A stretch of DNA of 31,389 nt from a bacterium. Lineage in GTDB: Bacteria > Margulisbacteria > WOR-1 > O2-12-FULL-45-9 > XYB2-FULL-48-7. This document shows positions 8,793-17,256 of the stretch, one piece after another (position 1 is the first letter of the stretch; the number at the start of each line of letters is the position of its first letter). The position numbers and the translations under genes are program-made. The notes under the pieces are model-generated. The model did not search any database and had not been told where the DNA came from. It saw nothing but the letters and a program-made list of their open reading frames with translations. Location of the stretch: contig JBDRLW010000005.1 in assembly GCA_043812655.1 (NCBI GenBank), positions 1 to 31,389 on the forward strand, read 5' to 3'.

Positions 8793-10097
8793 TTATACTC
8801 TATATACGTCAGTCCAGCAGGAAAGGCAAAGTTGGTCAAGCGGTTTGCCGATCGACTTGCCAATATCTTCGATCGTATTGAACGCCAGGCCGTCAACCCC
8901 AATATATTCCCTGATCTGTTCGACGCTTTTTTCGTGCGCCGCCAATTCTTTTTTGGAACGAGTGGCCAAGCCATAGGTACACGGCGCTTTGAGCGGCGGA
9001 CAAGCGACCCGGACATGGATCTCTTTTACTCCACTCCGGCGCAGTTTTACGACCAGGTCATTTTTCATCTGCGTCCCGCGGACGATCGAATCGTCGCAAA
9101 TTACGACGCTACGGCCGGCTATCTTGGCAGGAACAGGGATAAGTTTGAGCTTGGCTTCGCGGTCGCGTTCGGCTTGGGTCGGCTGGGTGTAACTCCGGCT
9201 GGCATAATCATATTTAATAAAGACATTATCATAAGGGATCTTTGATTCCTGGGCGTAACCGATCGCATGGCCGATCCCGGAATTGGGGACCGCCCCGACG
9301 ATATCAACTTTGACCGGAAAACGCTTGGCTAAACAGGCTCCCATATTGCGCCGGGCAATATCAACCGACTGCCCGTCGATCGTCGAAGCAACGTTGGCCG
9401 TGTAAACCCATTCAAAAGAACAATACTGGACCAAGCCGCCCGGGATGATCTTTTTGGTCTCAAAAACATCTCCCCGCACCTCAAGAATTTCACCCGGCTT
9501 AACATCACGCTCGATCACAAAGCCCAAATTAACAAACGAACAAGATTCGGAGGCGATCGCCACTGCCCCATCTTTTTTCCCGATGATCAGCGGCCGAAAA
9601 GCCTGCTTATCTCTAGCGGCATAAATTTTATTTTTGGCCAAGATCACCAGCGAATACGAACCATGGACTTTACTAGCCATCAGTTCGATCCCGGAAACAA
9701 AATCGTTCCCCTGGGCGATATATTTGGCGATGATCTCAATATCGGCGCCGGTGTAAAAAGAGTGGCCCTGTTTTTTTAGTTCATCTGTCAGCTCGGCCGC
9801 GTTGATGATGTTCCCTTCAAAACAGATCGTGAACTCACCCATCTTGGAATCAAGCTTGATCGGTTGGCGGTCTTTGAGCGAAGTGTGGCCGATCCCCATT
9901 TTGCCGTCTAATTCGCCTAGATCACTTTCAAACGCCGCGCGGACCAACCCACGATGGGTTTTAACTTTTATCCCGTCGCCGGCCCAGGTCGATAGTCCGC
10001 AATAGCGCTGGCCCCGATGCTGGAGATAGAATGTCCCGATAAAAAGATCGTCGACAATATTTTCTTTAGCCGACGAGATGGCAAAGATCCCGCACAT
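8793..10097 (-). CDS. Divergent amidophosphoribosyltransferase paralogue
   Basis: MCGIF, LQHRGQ, DDSIVRGT and CSFE/CTYG/CLSC are retained. Glutaminase motifs are altered (GHTSL, FEGN). Confidence 0.9.
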   Translation of the reverse strand: MCGIFAISSAKENIVDDLFIGTFYLQHRGQRYCGLSTWAGDGIKVKTHRGLVRAAFESDLGELDGKMGIGHTSLKDRQPIKLDSKMGEFTICFEGNIINAAELTDELKKQGHSFYTGADIEIIAKYIAQGNDFVSGIELMASKVHGSYSLVILAKNKIYAARDKQAFRPLIIGKKDGAVAIASESCSFVNLGFVIERDVKPGEILEVRGDVFETKKIIPGGLVQYCSFEWVYTANVASTIDGQSVDIARRNMGACLAKRFPVKVDIVGAVPNSGIGHAIGYAQESKIPYDNVFIKYDYASRSYTQPTQAERDREAKLKLIPVPAKIAGRSVVICDDSIVRGTQMKNDLVVKLRRSGVKEIHVRVACPPLKAPCTYGLATRSKKELAAHEKSVEQIREYIGVDGLAFNTIEDIGKSIGKPLDQLCLSCWTDVYRV

Positions 10098-11214
10098 GTT
10101 TAGTTACCTCCCCCACTGCGACCAGACTAGTTTCTCCGCCGCGCCGATCTTTAACTTCAACCTTCCCCTCTTTCAAGGTTTTGCCGATAATAATTTTGTA
10201 AGGAATGCCGATCAGGTCAATATCTTTTAGCCGCCCACCCATCCGGCCAACACGGTCATCGAGGAGGCATTCGATATTGTTGTTATTTAATCCATCATAA
10301 AGCTTGGTCGCCGCGTCAAGCAGCTCTTTTTCTTCGACATTAACTGGGACGATCGCCACTTTAAAGGGCGCTAAATTGACCGGCCAGATGATCCCGTCTT
10401 TATCATAATTCTGCTCGATCGCCGCGGCGGTGATCCGGCCGACACCAATACCGTAACACCCCATGATCATCGGTTTTTCTTGGTTGTTTTCGTCAAGATA
10501 GACCGCTTTCATTTTTTCGGAATATTTTGTCCCCAGCTTAAAAATGTGGCCGACCTCAACTTCGTCCCCCTCGCCCAGCAAGACAAATTCTTCGGAAAAC
10601 CCGCCGCCGATCAAGCCGGAATCAGCTGTCTGGATCTTGTATTTTAATCCCAACCGGTCAAAGATCCGGCAGTAAGCGCCCGACATGTTTTTATATTCAT
10701 CATCTAGGCTTTCTTCGCTGGTGTGGAATGAATAAGCGTCTTTCATCAAGAATTCGCGGCCGCGCATCAAGCCAAAGCGGGGCCTGATCTCGTCGCGAAA
10801 TTTCGTTTGGATCTGGAAAAGGGTGACCGGTAATTGTTTGTAAGAGCGGATCGATGACCGGACCAGGTCGGTAATGACTTCTTCATGGGTGGGGCCTAAG
10901 CAAAAATCGCGGTCGTGGCGGTCTTTGATCCGGAAAAGCTCCTTACCATATAGTCCCCAGCGGCCGGTCTCTTCCCACAGTTCGGCGGGGAGGAGGGTTG
11001 GCATCAAGATCTCTTGGGCGCCGGCCCGGTTCATTTCTTCACGGACGATCGCTTCGACTTTGGCTAAAACTCGCAATCCGAGGGGTAAAAACGTGTAAAC
11101 TCCGGCAGTCAGCTTGCGGATAAAACCTCCGCGCAGCATCAATTTGTGGGATATTACCTCCGCCTCCGCTGGATCTTCTCGCAGTGTCGGAGCGACCAAC
11201 CGTGACATTCTCAT
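10066..11214 (-). CDS. proS: Proline--tRNA ligase, bacterial type, lacking the INS editing domain
   Basis: LGPTHEE, FRDEIRPRFGLMRGREFLMKDAYSF, EVGHIFKLGTKYS, MGCYGIGVGR, anticodon-binding domain. Only 382 aa. Confidence 0.96.
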   Translation of the reverse strand: MRMSRLVAPTLREDPAEAEVISHKLMLRGGFIRKLTAGVYTFLPLGLRVLAKVEAIVREEMNRAGAQEILMPTLLPAELWEETGRWGLYGKELFRIKDRHDRDFCLGPTHEEVITDLVRSSIRSYKQLPVTLFQIQTKFRDEIRPRFGLMRGREFLMKDAYSFHTSEESLDDEYKNMSGAYCRIFDRLGLKYKIQTADSGLIGGGFSEEFVLLGEGDEVEVGHIFKLGTKYSEKMKAVYLDENNQEKPMIMGCYGIGVGRITAAAIEQNYDKDGIIWPVNLAPFKVAIVPVNVEEKELLDAATKLYDGLNNNNIECLLDDRVGRMGGRLKDIDLIGIPYKIIIGKTLKEGKVEVKDRRGGETSLVAVGEVTKHVRDLCHLVG

Positions 11215-11270
11215 CCTAGTTTGATCTTCCTCCCATTCCCCAATTCCCGACGTGACACTTGAACAAGGTA

Positions 11271-11299
11271 ATTATAGCAAAATTGGGTGAAATTTACAA
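11271..11299 (-). promoter_or_regulatory. sigma70-type promoter of the proS-pur operon
   Basis: Minus strand TTGTAA-17 nt-TATAAT with extended -10 TG. SD GGAGG before proS. Confidence 0.65.
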
Positions 11300-11308
11300 G
11301 AGAAGGAG

Positions 11309-12028
11309 TTAAAGGAAGGACTTATTAAAAGTGTACTCCAAGCTGGTCGTAAAGCTAAGATCATTCTTTTGGATCCCCGCGGGGGGACGATTATTATACT
11401 CTTCCCTTAATAGCCATTTAAAAGCATAATGGTCATTTAATTTGATCCTAAATTTGGTTATGTTGGTCAAACGATAATTATTTAGATCTTTCGGCGCAAT
11501 ATAAATATCCAGGTCATTGGCAACCAACCCATAATTTAGGTCGGAACTTAGCGTAATTAGCCAGGCTTCATCATGGCTTTTATCGATAAAATACTCCTTT
11601 TGATAACCAAACGCCCCTTCCAATTTAAATTTAAGGTCGTCACTATCGGCAAACCAGTTGCCCACCCCGATCGCGGGGATAAACCGTAATTCTATGTTCT
11701 GGAAACGGTCATGGGTCGCTTCTAATTTAATATAATTAAAGAGGCTTTTATTGAGCGAGCGGGCGTAACGATAGGCCGACCAAAGCCTGAACTGGGTGTC
11801 TATGCCAGTAGATATTTCCCGATCAAAAGAACCTTTAAACGTAGCTTCTTCCCGCCACTTCCGGTTCCGATTAATATTAAAATCAAAGTGAAGCGATTGG
11901 ACTTGGGTATTGCCGCCGGTTAATTGTCCTCCCAAAGAGAATTTTCTGGAAAGAGACTCTTCCGCTCGCGCTTCAAGCGAGAAAAATGACAAAAACAATA
12001 TTGCGGAAAAGAGCAACTTTTTGTTCAT
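11309..12028 (-). CDS. DUF481/YdiY-like outer-membrane beta-barrel
   Basis: Signal peptide, GGNTQ, HDRFQNI, GVG, YNNRPPAG, terminal LEYTF strand pattern typical of DUF481. Confidence 0.8.
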   Translation of the reverse strand: MNKKLLFSAILFLSFFSLEARAEESLSRKFSLGGQLTGGNTQVQSLHFDFNINRNRKWREEATFKGSFDREISTGIDTQFRLWSAYRYARSLNKSLFNYIKLEATHDRFQNIELRFIPAIGVGNWFADSDDLKFKLEGAFGYQKEYFIDKSHDEAWLITLSSDLNYGLVANDLDIYIAPKDLNNYRLTNITKFRIKLNDHYAFKWLLREEYNNRPPAGIQKNDLSFTTSLEYTFNKSFL

Positions 12029-12144
12029 AAAATAATCTTAAACCTGTTATACCAAATAGTTTGCCACCAATTTATCTTTACTGTCAAGGCAAAAACAGAG
12101 TGAAATTTCAAAGAAAAATCGATGAAATAGTATTGAGGACAATA

Positions 12145-13656
12145 ATGTCATATATTAGCAGAGCAAGACACTCCCAGTTTAGAATGCCTTTAAAACATGA
12201 AGGAGCCGATGCTTCTAGCGGTAGAACATCAATTCCTGCCATCCCTCATTATCACCTGCGTGCGCCAAGCGTTCTTCTTCAGGCATTAACAAGCGGCATA
12301 GATTCCCTTCAAGCGCTTCACACGCTTTATTCAGCTTCTAAAAATAGAACTGTAACGCTTTTACCCGATTACCCTCAAAACGAATTTGTTTCTGGTCAAT
12401 TACTACAAAGCGAAGTATTAGATTCTGTTTGTGGGGGAAGATATCGAGTTGATCTAGCTGATCCCATGATATTTGAAGATAGAGACCCAAAATCTTTTGG
12501 AAAAATCAACTATCCGCTGGGAAGATTGCTTGATATTATAAAAAATATGTATACCGCAATATCGTTAGGCATCTCTGGGGTTAAGCGATACTCAAGCCTT
12601 AATCAACCGCCATTTAATGATGCTCGCATAGAAAGACTACGAAAGAAATATGAGCAAATAAAATTAATTGAAGATTGGTTCTCTTTACATCCGTCTATTC
12701 TTGAAGCTATACTATTTGAAAGAACAACGGAAAAACCTCTTTTCCAATCCGTATTAATGCGAATTTTTTATACTCATGGGAGCAAACTTGAAACAGCCTT
12801 GAAAATATTTTTTACAAGAATAGACGAAGGAAATTACCAACCGTTTTTTAAGGATAAGGATCATGTCGATAGGTTTTTTAAAGCACAAGTATTATCTAAT
12901 CCTGGCTTAGGATGTATTTTTCGAGACGATGGGCAAAGCACATTGGAACGTTTCAGTCACATCATTCGCAACGTTTCGACTGGTATCGCCGCCGATCTTT
13001 TAACATTAAAGGATGCCGATTCTACTGAACAAGACAAAACAGAAGCCAGAAAAAGTTTACAAGACTGGTCCTTAACCTTACAAGTAATAGAAGATTTTTT
13101 ATTTCACCATCCGGAAATACGCCAGGTAATTTTATCTATTATTGAAAACGAGGTTAATATAACTTCAGCAAATCAAACCCAGCTCTTTGGCCTTGGGATA
13201 TATAATCTTTATTCCGCTTTTTTAGCAGGAACAAGAAGCGGTTTAATCGGACCGACTTTAATGCGCTTTGTGGTCAAGGCTATTAAGCAACCAAATTATC
13301 AACCATTTTACACCCAAGAAGAAGCCGCGAAATTATTTTCCCAAGAAATTGACAATCACCACAACTATGGGAAAGCAACGCAAGTTAGAGAAAAACAATC
13401 TGATCCAGATCTTTTTCCTTGGGTCCACATAATCAACAATATCTCTAACTCTTTAATTACTAATGACCCTGCAACCGAGCCAAATGATAAAAATAAATCC
13501 AATATACGAAGAATTTTCCAATCGAATTTACGTAAATTAAAAATTATTGAGGCTTATCTACATTACAATAAAGATGTTTTAGCTGAATTTGAAACTGCCA
13601 TCTCCGCACATGAAGTAGCACTTGCTGCCATCTCAAGTTTTTGGCGAATAAAATGA
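12145..13656 (+). CDS. Orphan hypothetical protein with three degenerate helical repeats
   Basis: Long AT-rich ORF. Likely start is ATG 12145 after GAGGA (track starts at TTG 12061). No family recognised. Confidence 0.7.
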   Translation: MSYISRARHSQFRMPLKHEGADASSGRTSIPAIPHYHLRAPSVLLQALTSGIDSLQALHTLYSASKNRTVTLLPDYPQNEFVSGQLLQSEVLDSVCGGRYRVDLADPMIFEDRDPKSFGKINYPLGRLLDIIKNMYTAISLGISGVKRYSSLNQPPFNDARIERLRKKYEQIKLIEDWFSLHPSILEAILFERTTEKPLFQSVLMRIFYTHGSKLETALKIFFTRIDEGNYQPFFKDKDHVDRFFKAQVLSNPGLGCIFRDDGQSTLERFSHIIRNVSTGIAADLLTLKDADSTEQDKTEARKSLQDWSLTLQVIEDFLFHHPEIRQVILSIIENEVNITSANQTQLFGLGIYNLYSAFLAGTRSGLIGPTLMRFVVKAIKQPNYQPFYTQEEAAKLFSQEIDNHHNYGKATQVREKQSDPDLFPWVHIINNISNSLITNDPATEPNDKNKSNIRRIFQSNLRKLKIIEAYLHYNKDVLAEFETAISAHEVALAAISSFWRIK

Positions 13657-13667
13657 GTTCCCTTTAA

Positions 13668-14282
13668 TTAAAAACTCATAAACTTAGTATTCGAGTACGG
13701 ATCCGCTTTTTTTGCCTCCGGCCTGGGAAGTGACGGCGTCGCCGGGTTAGGTGCGATCTGCGGCGTCTTTGGCACCATCGGTTTTTCTTCTTTCTTAAAG
13801 ATCGAGGTCTGGAACATCGGCGTCACAACTTTTGGCGGCGTTTGTTTGACCGGCTGGGCTTTTACTGGCTGGGCTAATAGATCTTTTTCGGTAGCCGGGA
13901 GAACAAGATCGTTTTGCCTGACATAATCTTTTACCTTGACCCCAATATCATCACCTTTTTTAACACTAGTTACTTCCTGATGGTTAATCTGGATCGAATC
14001 GATCCGCTGGAAGAAATCGGTGGTGTGCCCTTTGATCTGGACAATATCGCCGACTTTGAGAGGGCCTAACATCTTGACAGCCGCTACGGATATCTTATCG
14101 TAATAGTGATCTACCTTGCCCAGCGCTTTGATCTTTTTGACGACCGGCTTTTTCGCGGCTGGTTTCTTTTTACCGTTTTTCTTCTTCTTTAAAACCTTCT
14201 TCGCTTTTCTCCCAACTCCCTTACTCCTAACTCCTAACTTTTTCACTTTCCTAACTTTTTTCGCTTTTTTCTTTTTTGCCAT
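13668..14282 (-). CDS. Lys-rich N-terminus plus translation-factor-like/peptidase U32 C-terminal-like beta-barrel, Pro-rich tail
   Basis: GKVDHYYDKISVAA...LKVGDIVQIKGHTTDF...SIQI...GDDIGVKV...VRQND pattern. SD GGAGG. Confidence 0.75.
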   Translation of the reverse strand: MAKKKKAKKVRKVKKLGVRSKGVGRKAKKVLKKKKNGKKKPAAKKPVVKKIKALGKVDHYYDKISVAAVKMLGPLKVGDIVQIKGHTTDFFQRIDSIQINHQEVTSVKKGDDIGVKVKDYVRQNDLVLPATEKDLLAQPVKAQPVKQTPPKVVTPMFQTSIFKKEEKPMVPKTPQIAPNPATPSLPRPEAKKADPYSNTKFMSF

Positions 14283-14347
14283 GATGGATACCTCCGTTTG
14301 GAGAAATTATATAACTATGATTATGGTTGTGCAATAGCAAAATATCC

Positions 14348-14372
14348 GGCAACGGACAAGCCGTTGCCCTAC
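14348..14372 (-). repeat. GTAG-type REP, single copy
   Basis: Minus strand GTAG-GGCAACGG-cttgt-CCGTTGCC. Relatives at 27772-27834. Confidence 0.8.
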
Positions 14373-14393
14373 ATTAGGAAGGAAAGAAACCCA

Positions 14394-14430
14394 CCCCTCT
14401 CCCCCTGGGAGAGGGGCCGGGGGTGAGGGC
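14394..14430. repeat. CCCTCTCCC-N3-GGGAGAGGG palindrome family, copy 2
   Basis: CCCCTCTCCC-cct-GGGAGAGGGG-ccgg-GGGTGAGGGC, directly after the ygiQ stop. Confidence 0.75.
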
Positions 14431-14435
14431 TGTAA

Positions 14436-16130
14436 TTATTTCGTCAGCACCTTAATTAGATTTTCTCTCTTCAACTGTTTTAAGGCTTTAACGACGAGGC
14501 GGTAGTTTTTTTCTAGGTATGGCTGGAGGAGAGCTTTTTGGAAACTCCGCTCCTCCCCCTTCGGTACATGGACCGCTTTGCCGGTAAAAGGATCGAGCCC
14601 CGTGTAATACATGCAGGTGGCAGTGGTCATCGGCGTCGGTGTAAAGTTTTGGACTTGTTCGACCCTGATATGATTTTTCTTTAAATATAATGCTAATTCT
14701 AAAGCGTGCTTAAGCGTACTCCCCGGATGTGACGCCATAAAATATGGGACTAGAAATTGGCGCTTGCCATGCTTGGCATTTAATTGATTGAATTTTTCCA
14801 CGAACTTAACAAATTTATCCGCTCCGGGCTTGCCCATCATCAGCAAGACTTCTTCACAGATATGTTCGGGCGCAATGCTTAGCTGGCCGCTGACGTGATG
14901 CTGGACCAATTCATCCATATATTCATCATCCAGCAAGGCAAGGTCATACCTGATGCCGGAAGCAATAAAAAGCTTTTTCACTCCAGGAATGTTCCTAAGC
15001 TCGCGCATCAGCTTGATCGCCGGTTTTAAAGAAACTTTTAGTTTCGGACAGACATTTGGATAAATACAACTGGCCCTTGCGCATCCCTGCTCTTCCCTAC
15101 ATTCCATCCCATACATGTTGGCCGTTGGTCCGCCGACATCAAGAATATTTCCTTTAAAATCCGCTTGAGGGATTATTTTTTCTTTGATCTCTTTCTTGAT
15201 CGATCCCGGACTGCGACTGATAATATATTTCCCTTGATGCTGGGAAATGGCACAAAACGCACAGCCGCCAAAACAACCACGGTGGGAAATCGTTGAGAAC
15301 TTTACAAAATCCCAGGCTGGGATATTTCCTTCCGCTTTCCTGGTAAATGGCAAAGTAAACAAGGCATCAAGTTCGGCCGATGTTAAATTCTCCGGTGGAA
15401 AAACAACAAGATATCGTCCCTGGCATGGTTGGATAATTATCCGCGGATGTTTTTTGCGCCCTTCAATATAGTAAAGCTTGAACGCCTCCGCGTATTTCTT
15501 CTTGTCCGCCGCCACCTCTTCGTACGACGGCAACATCAACGCGTCTTTATATTCCGAAATATCTTTGACAATGATGGCTGTATTACAATAACGTCGCGAA
15601 GCGACACCATCATTCGGCATTCGTAATTCGGCATTCGTCATTTTAGCTAAGCGTAAGATCCCCTTCTCCGCCATCCCATAAGTTAAATAATCAGCCTTCG
15701 CGTCAAAGATCAAAGGCCGCCTGACTTTATCATCCCAATAATCGTAGTGGGCGAAGCGGCGCAGGCTCGCTTCTACCCCGCCTAAAACAACTGGCACGCC
15801 GGGAAACAAAGATTTAATTTTGCTGGTATAAACGATCGTCGCCCGGTCGGGCCGATGGCCCGCTTCATTGTTAGGCGAATACATATCGGTCCGGCGGATC
15901 TTTTTATCGGCAGTATAATTGCCGACCATTGAATCCATGTTGCCGGACGAGACGCCAAAAAAAAGCCGCGGCGCCCCCAGCTTTTTAAACTCTTTATCCG
16001 ATTTCCAATCTGGTTGAGCGATCACGCCAACGGTAAAACCGTGTGATTCAAGATAACGTCTAATTAAAGCTGTGCCAAAACTGGGGTGGTCAACATAAGC
16101 ATCGCCGGAAACAAGAATAATATCAAACAT
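14436..16130 (-). CDS. ygiQ: YgiQ (UPF0313) family radical SAM protein
   Basis: GDAYVDHPSFG, GNMDSMV, EASLRRFAHYDYW, RGCFGGCAFC, GGPTANMYG, APEH, QVQNFTPTPMT. Confidence 0.95.
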   Translation of the reverse strand: MFDIILVSGDAYVDHPSFGTALIRRYLESHGFTVGVIAQPDWKSDKEFKKLGAPRLFFGVSSGNMDSMVGNYTADKKIRRTDMYSPNNEAGHRPDRATIVYTSKIKSLFPGVPVVLGGVEASLRRFAHYDYWDDKVRRPLIFDAKADYLTYGMAEKGILRLAKMTNAELRMPNDGVASRRYCNTAIIVKDISEYKDALMLPSYEEVAADKKKYAEAFKLYYIEGRKKHPRIIIQPCQGRYLVVFPPENLTSAELDALFTLPFTRKAEGNIPAWDFVKFSTISHRGCFGGCAFCAISQHQGKYIISRSPGSIKKEIKEKIIPQADFKGNILDVGGPTANMYGMECREEQGCARASCIYPNVCPKLKVSLKPAIKLMRELRNIPGVKKLFIASGIRYDLALLDDEYMDELVQHHVSGQLSIAPEHICEEVLLMMGKPGADKFVKFVEKFNQLNAKHGKRQFLVPYFMASHPGSTLKHALELALYLKKNHIRVEQVQNFTPTPMTTATCMYYTGLDPFTGKAVHVPKGEERSFQKALLQPYLEKNYRLVVKALKQLKRENLIKVLTK

Positions 16131-17256
16131 GCACTATTTTGGCTTTGGGGAATCCATTAAAATTGGTCGCCGAAGCATTGCTGTAGGCGCCAATATTATT
16201 CACGTATAAATGATCGCCGATCTCAAGTGAAGGCAAATTTTCGGCGGTGGAAACAGTATCAAACGCGTCGCAGGTCGGGCCGACAACGGCACTGATCTTA
16301 GTCTCCCCTTTTCTAAAGGCATTAAAATGATACGGACAATGGTCAAAAACCACGCCCGAAAGCGTCCCATAAACCCCATCGTCAATATAATAAACCATCT
16401 TGCCATCCCGCTCTGATTTACCAATGATTTTCACTGCCAAAGTTGCCGCGGTAGCGACAAGAAATCTTCCCGGTTCAGCTACCACTTCCACTTCTTTGGG
16501 AAAAAGTCGATCGATCTCTTTCCTAAGTTTCCTGGCCAAAACCTTAAAATCAGGGACAGTCCCATTATATGGTACGGGGAATCCACCGCCAATATTAAGA
16601 ATACGCAGCTTATAACCCCGGGCGGCAACTTCCTTAAATATCTCCGCTGAAGCTTCAAGCGCGTTAATATAATTCTCAATGTTGCAGCATTGGCTCCCAA
16701 CGTGGAAGCTTAGGCCCTCGACTGACAAACCAAGCTTAAAAGCTTGTTCAATTAAATTCGGCGCGTCTCCCGGTTCAACGCCAAACTTGCTGGAAAGTTC
16801 GACCATCGACCCGACGTTCTGGACCTTGATCCGGCAGATCAACCCGGCGTCGGGACAATATTTTTTTATCTTTAATAACTCGTCGGCATTATCGTAAGTC
16901 ATTAGGGTATTAAAGTTGGCCATTTTTTTTAAGGTCTCGACCGGTTTGATCGTATTGGCAACGATGATCTTATCCCAAATAAAATCATTCAACTTTTTAC
17001 CGCGCAGGTCTTTGGGTGGGACACAGGCCAAGACCGTTTCAAATTCCTGGAGGGAAGCAACATCGTAGCCGGCGTCGAGCGGATATAGAGTTTTAATGAT
17101 CGACGGTTCCGAATTCGCCTTCATCGCAAAGTAAAGCCCGACCCTAGGCAAATGCTGGCGGAGTTTTTGATAGTTTTCTTTAACTATCTTGTGATCGATG
17201 ACCAAGAGCGGGGTGCCGTGCTTTTTAATTAAGCGTTTAAGTTCTTTTTGCTTCAA
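16123..17256 (-). CDS. Fold type III PLP-dependent ornithine (or lysine/ornithine) decarboxylase
   Basis: FAMKAN (PLP lysine), KFG, FHVGSQ, IGGGF, EPGR, DDGVYG, GPTCD, GAY...FNGF. TTG start abuts the hss stop. Confidence 0.92.
   Translation of the reverse strand: MKQKELKRLIKKHGTPLLVIDHKIVKENYQKLRQHLPRVGLYFAMKANSEPSIIKTLYPLDAGYDVASLQEFETVLACVPPKDLRGKKLNDFIWDKIIVANTIKPVETLKKMANFNTLMTYDNADELLKIKKYCPDAGLICRIKVQNVGSMVELSSKFGVEPGDAPNLIEQAFKLGLSVEGLSFHVGSQCCNIENYINALEASAEIFKEVAARGYKLRILNIGGGFPVPYNGTVPDFKVLARKLRKEIDRLFPKEVEVVAEPGRFLVATAATLAVKIIGKSERDGKMVYYIDDGVYGTLSGVVFDHCPYHFNAFRKGETKISAVVGPTCDAFDTVSTAENLPSLEIGDHLYVNNIGAYSNASATNFNGFPKAKIVHV

Noticed and set aside
11215..11270. T-box or purine/ZTP riboswitch ahead of the proS-pur operon
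   Set aside because: The predicted leader is only about 50 nt and lacks recognisable conserved motifs.
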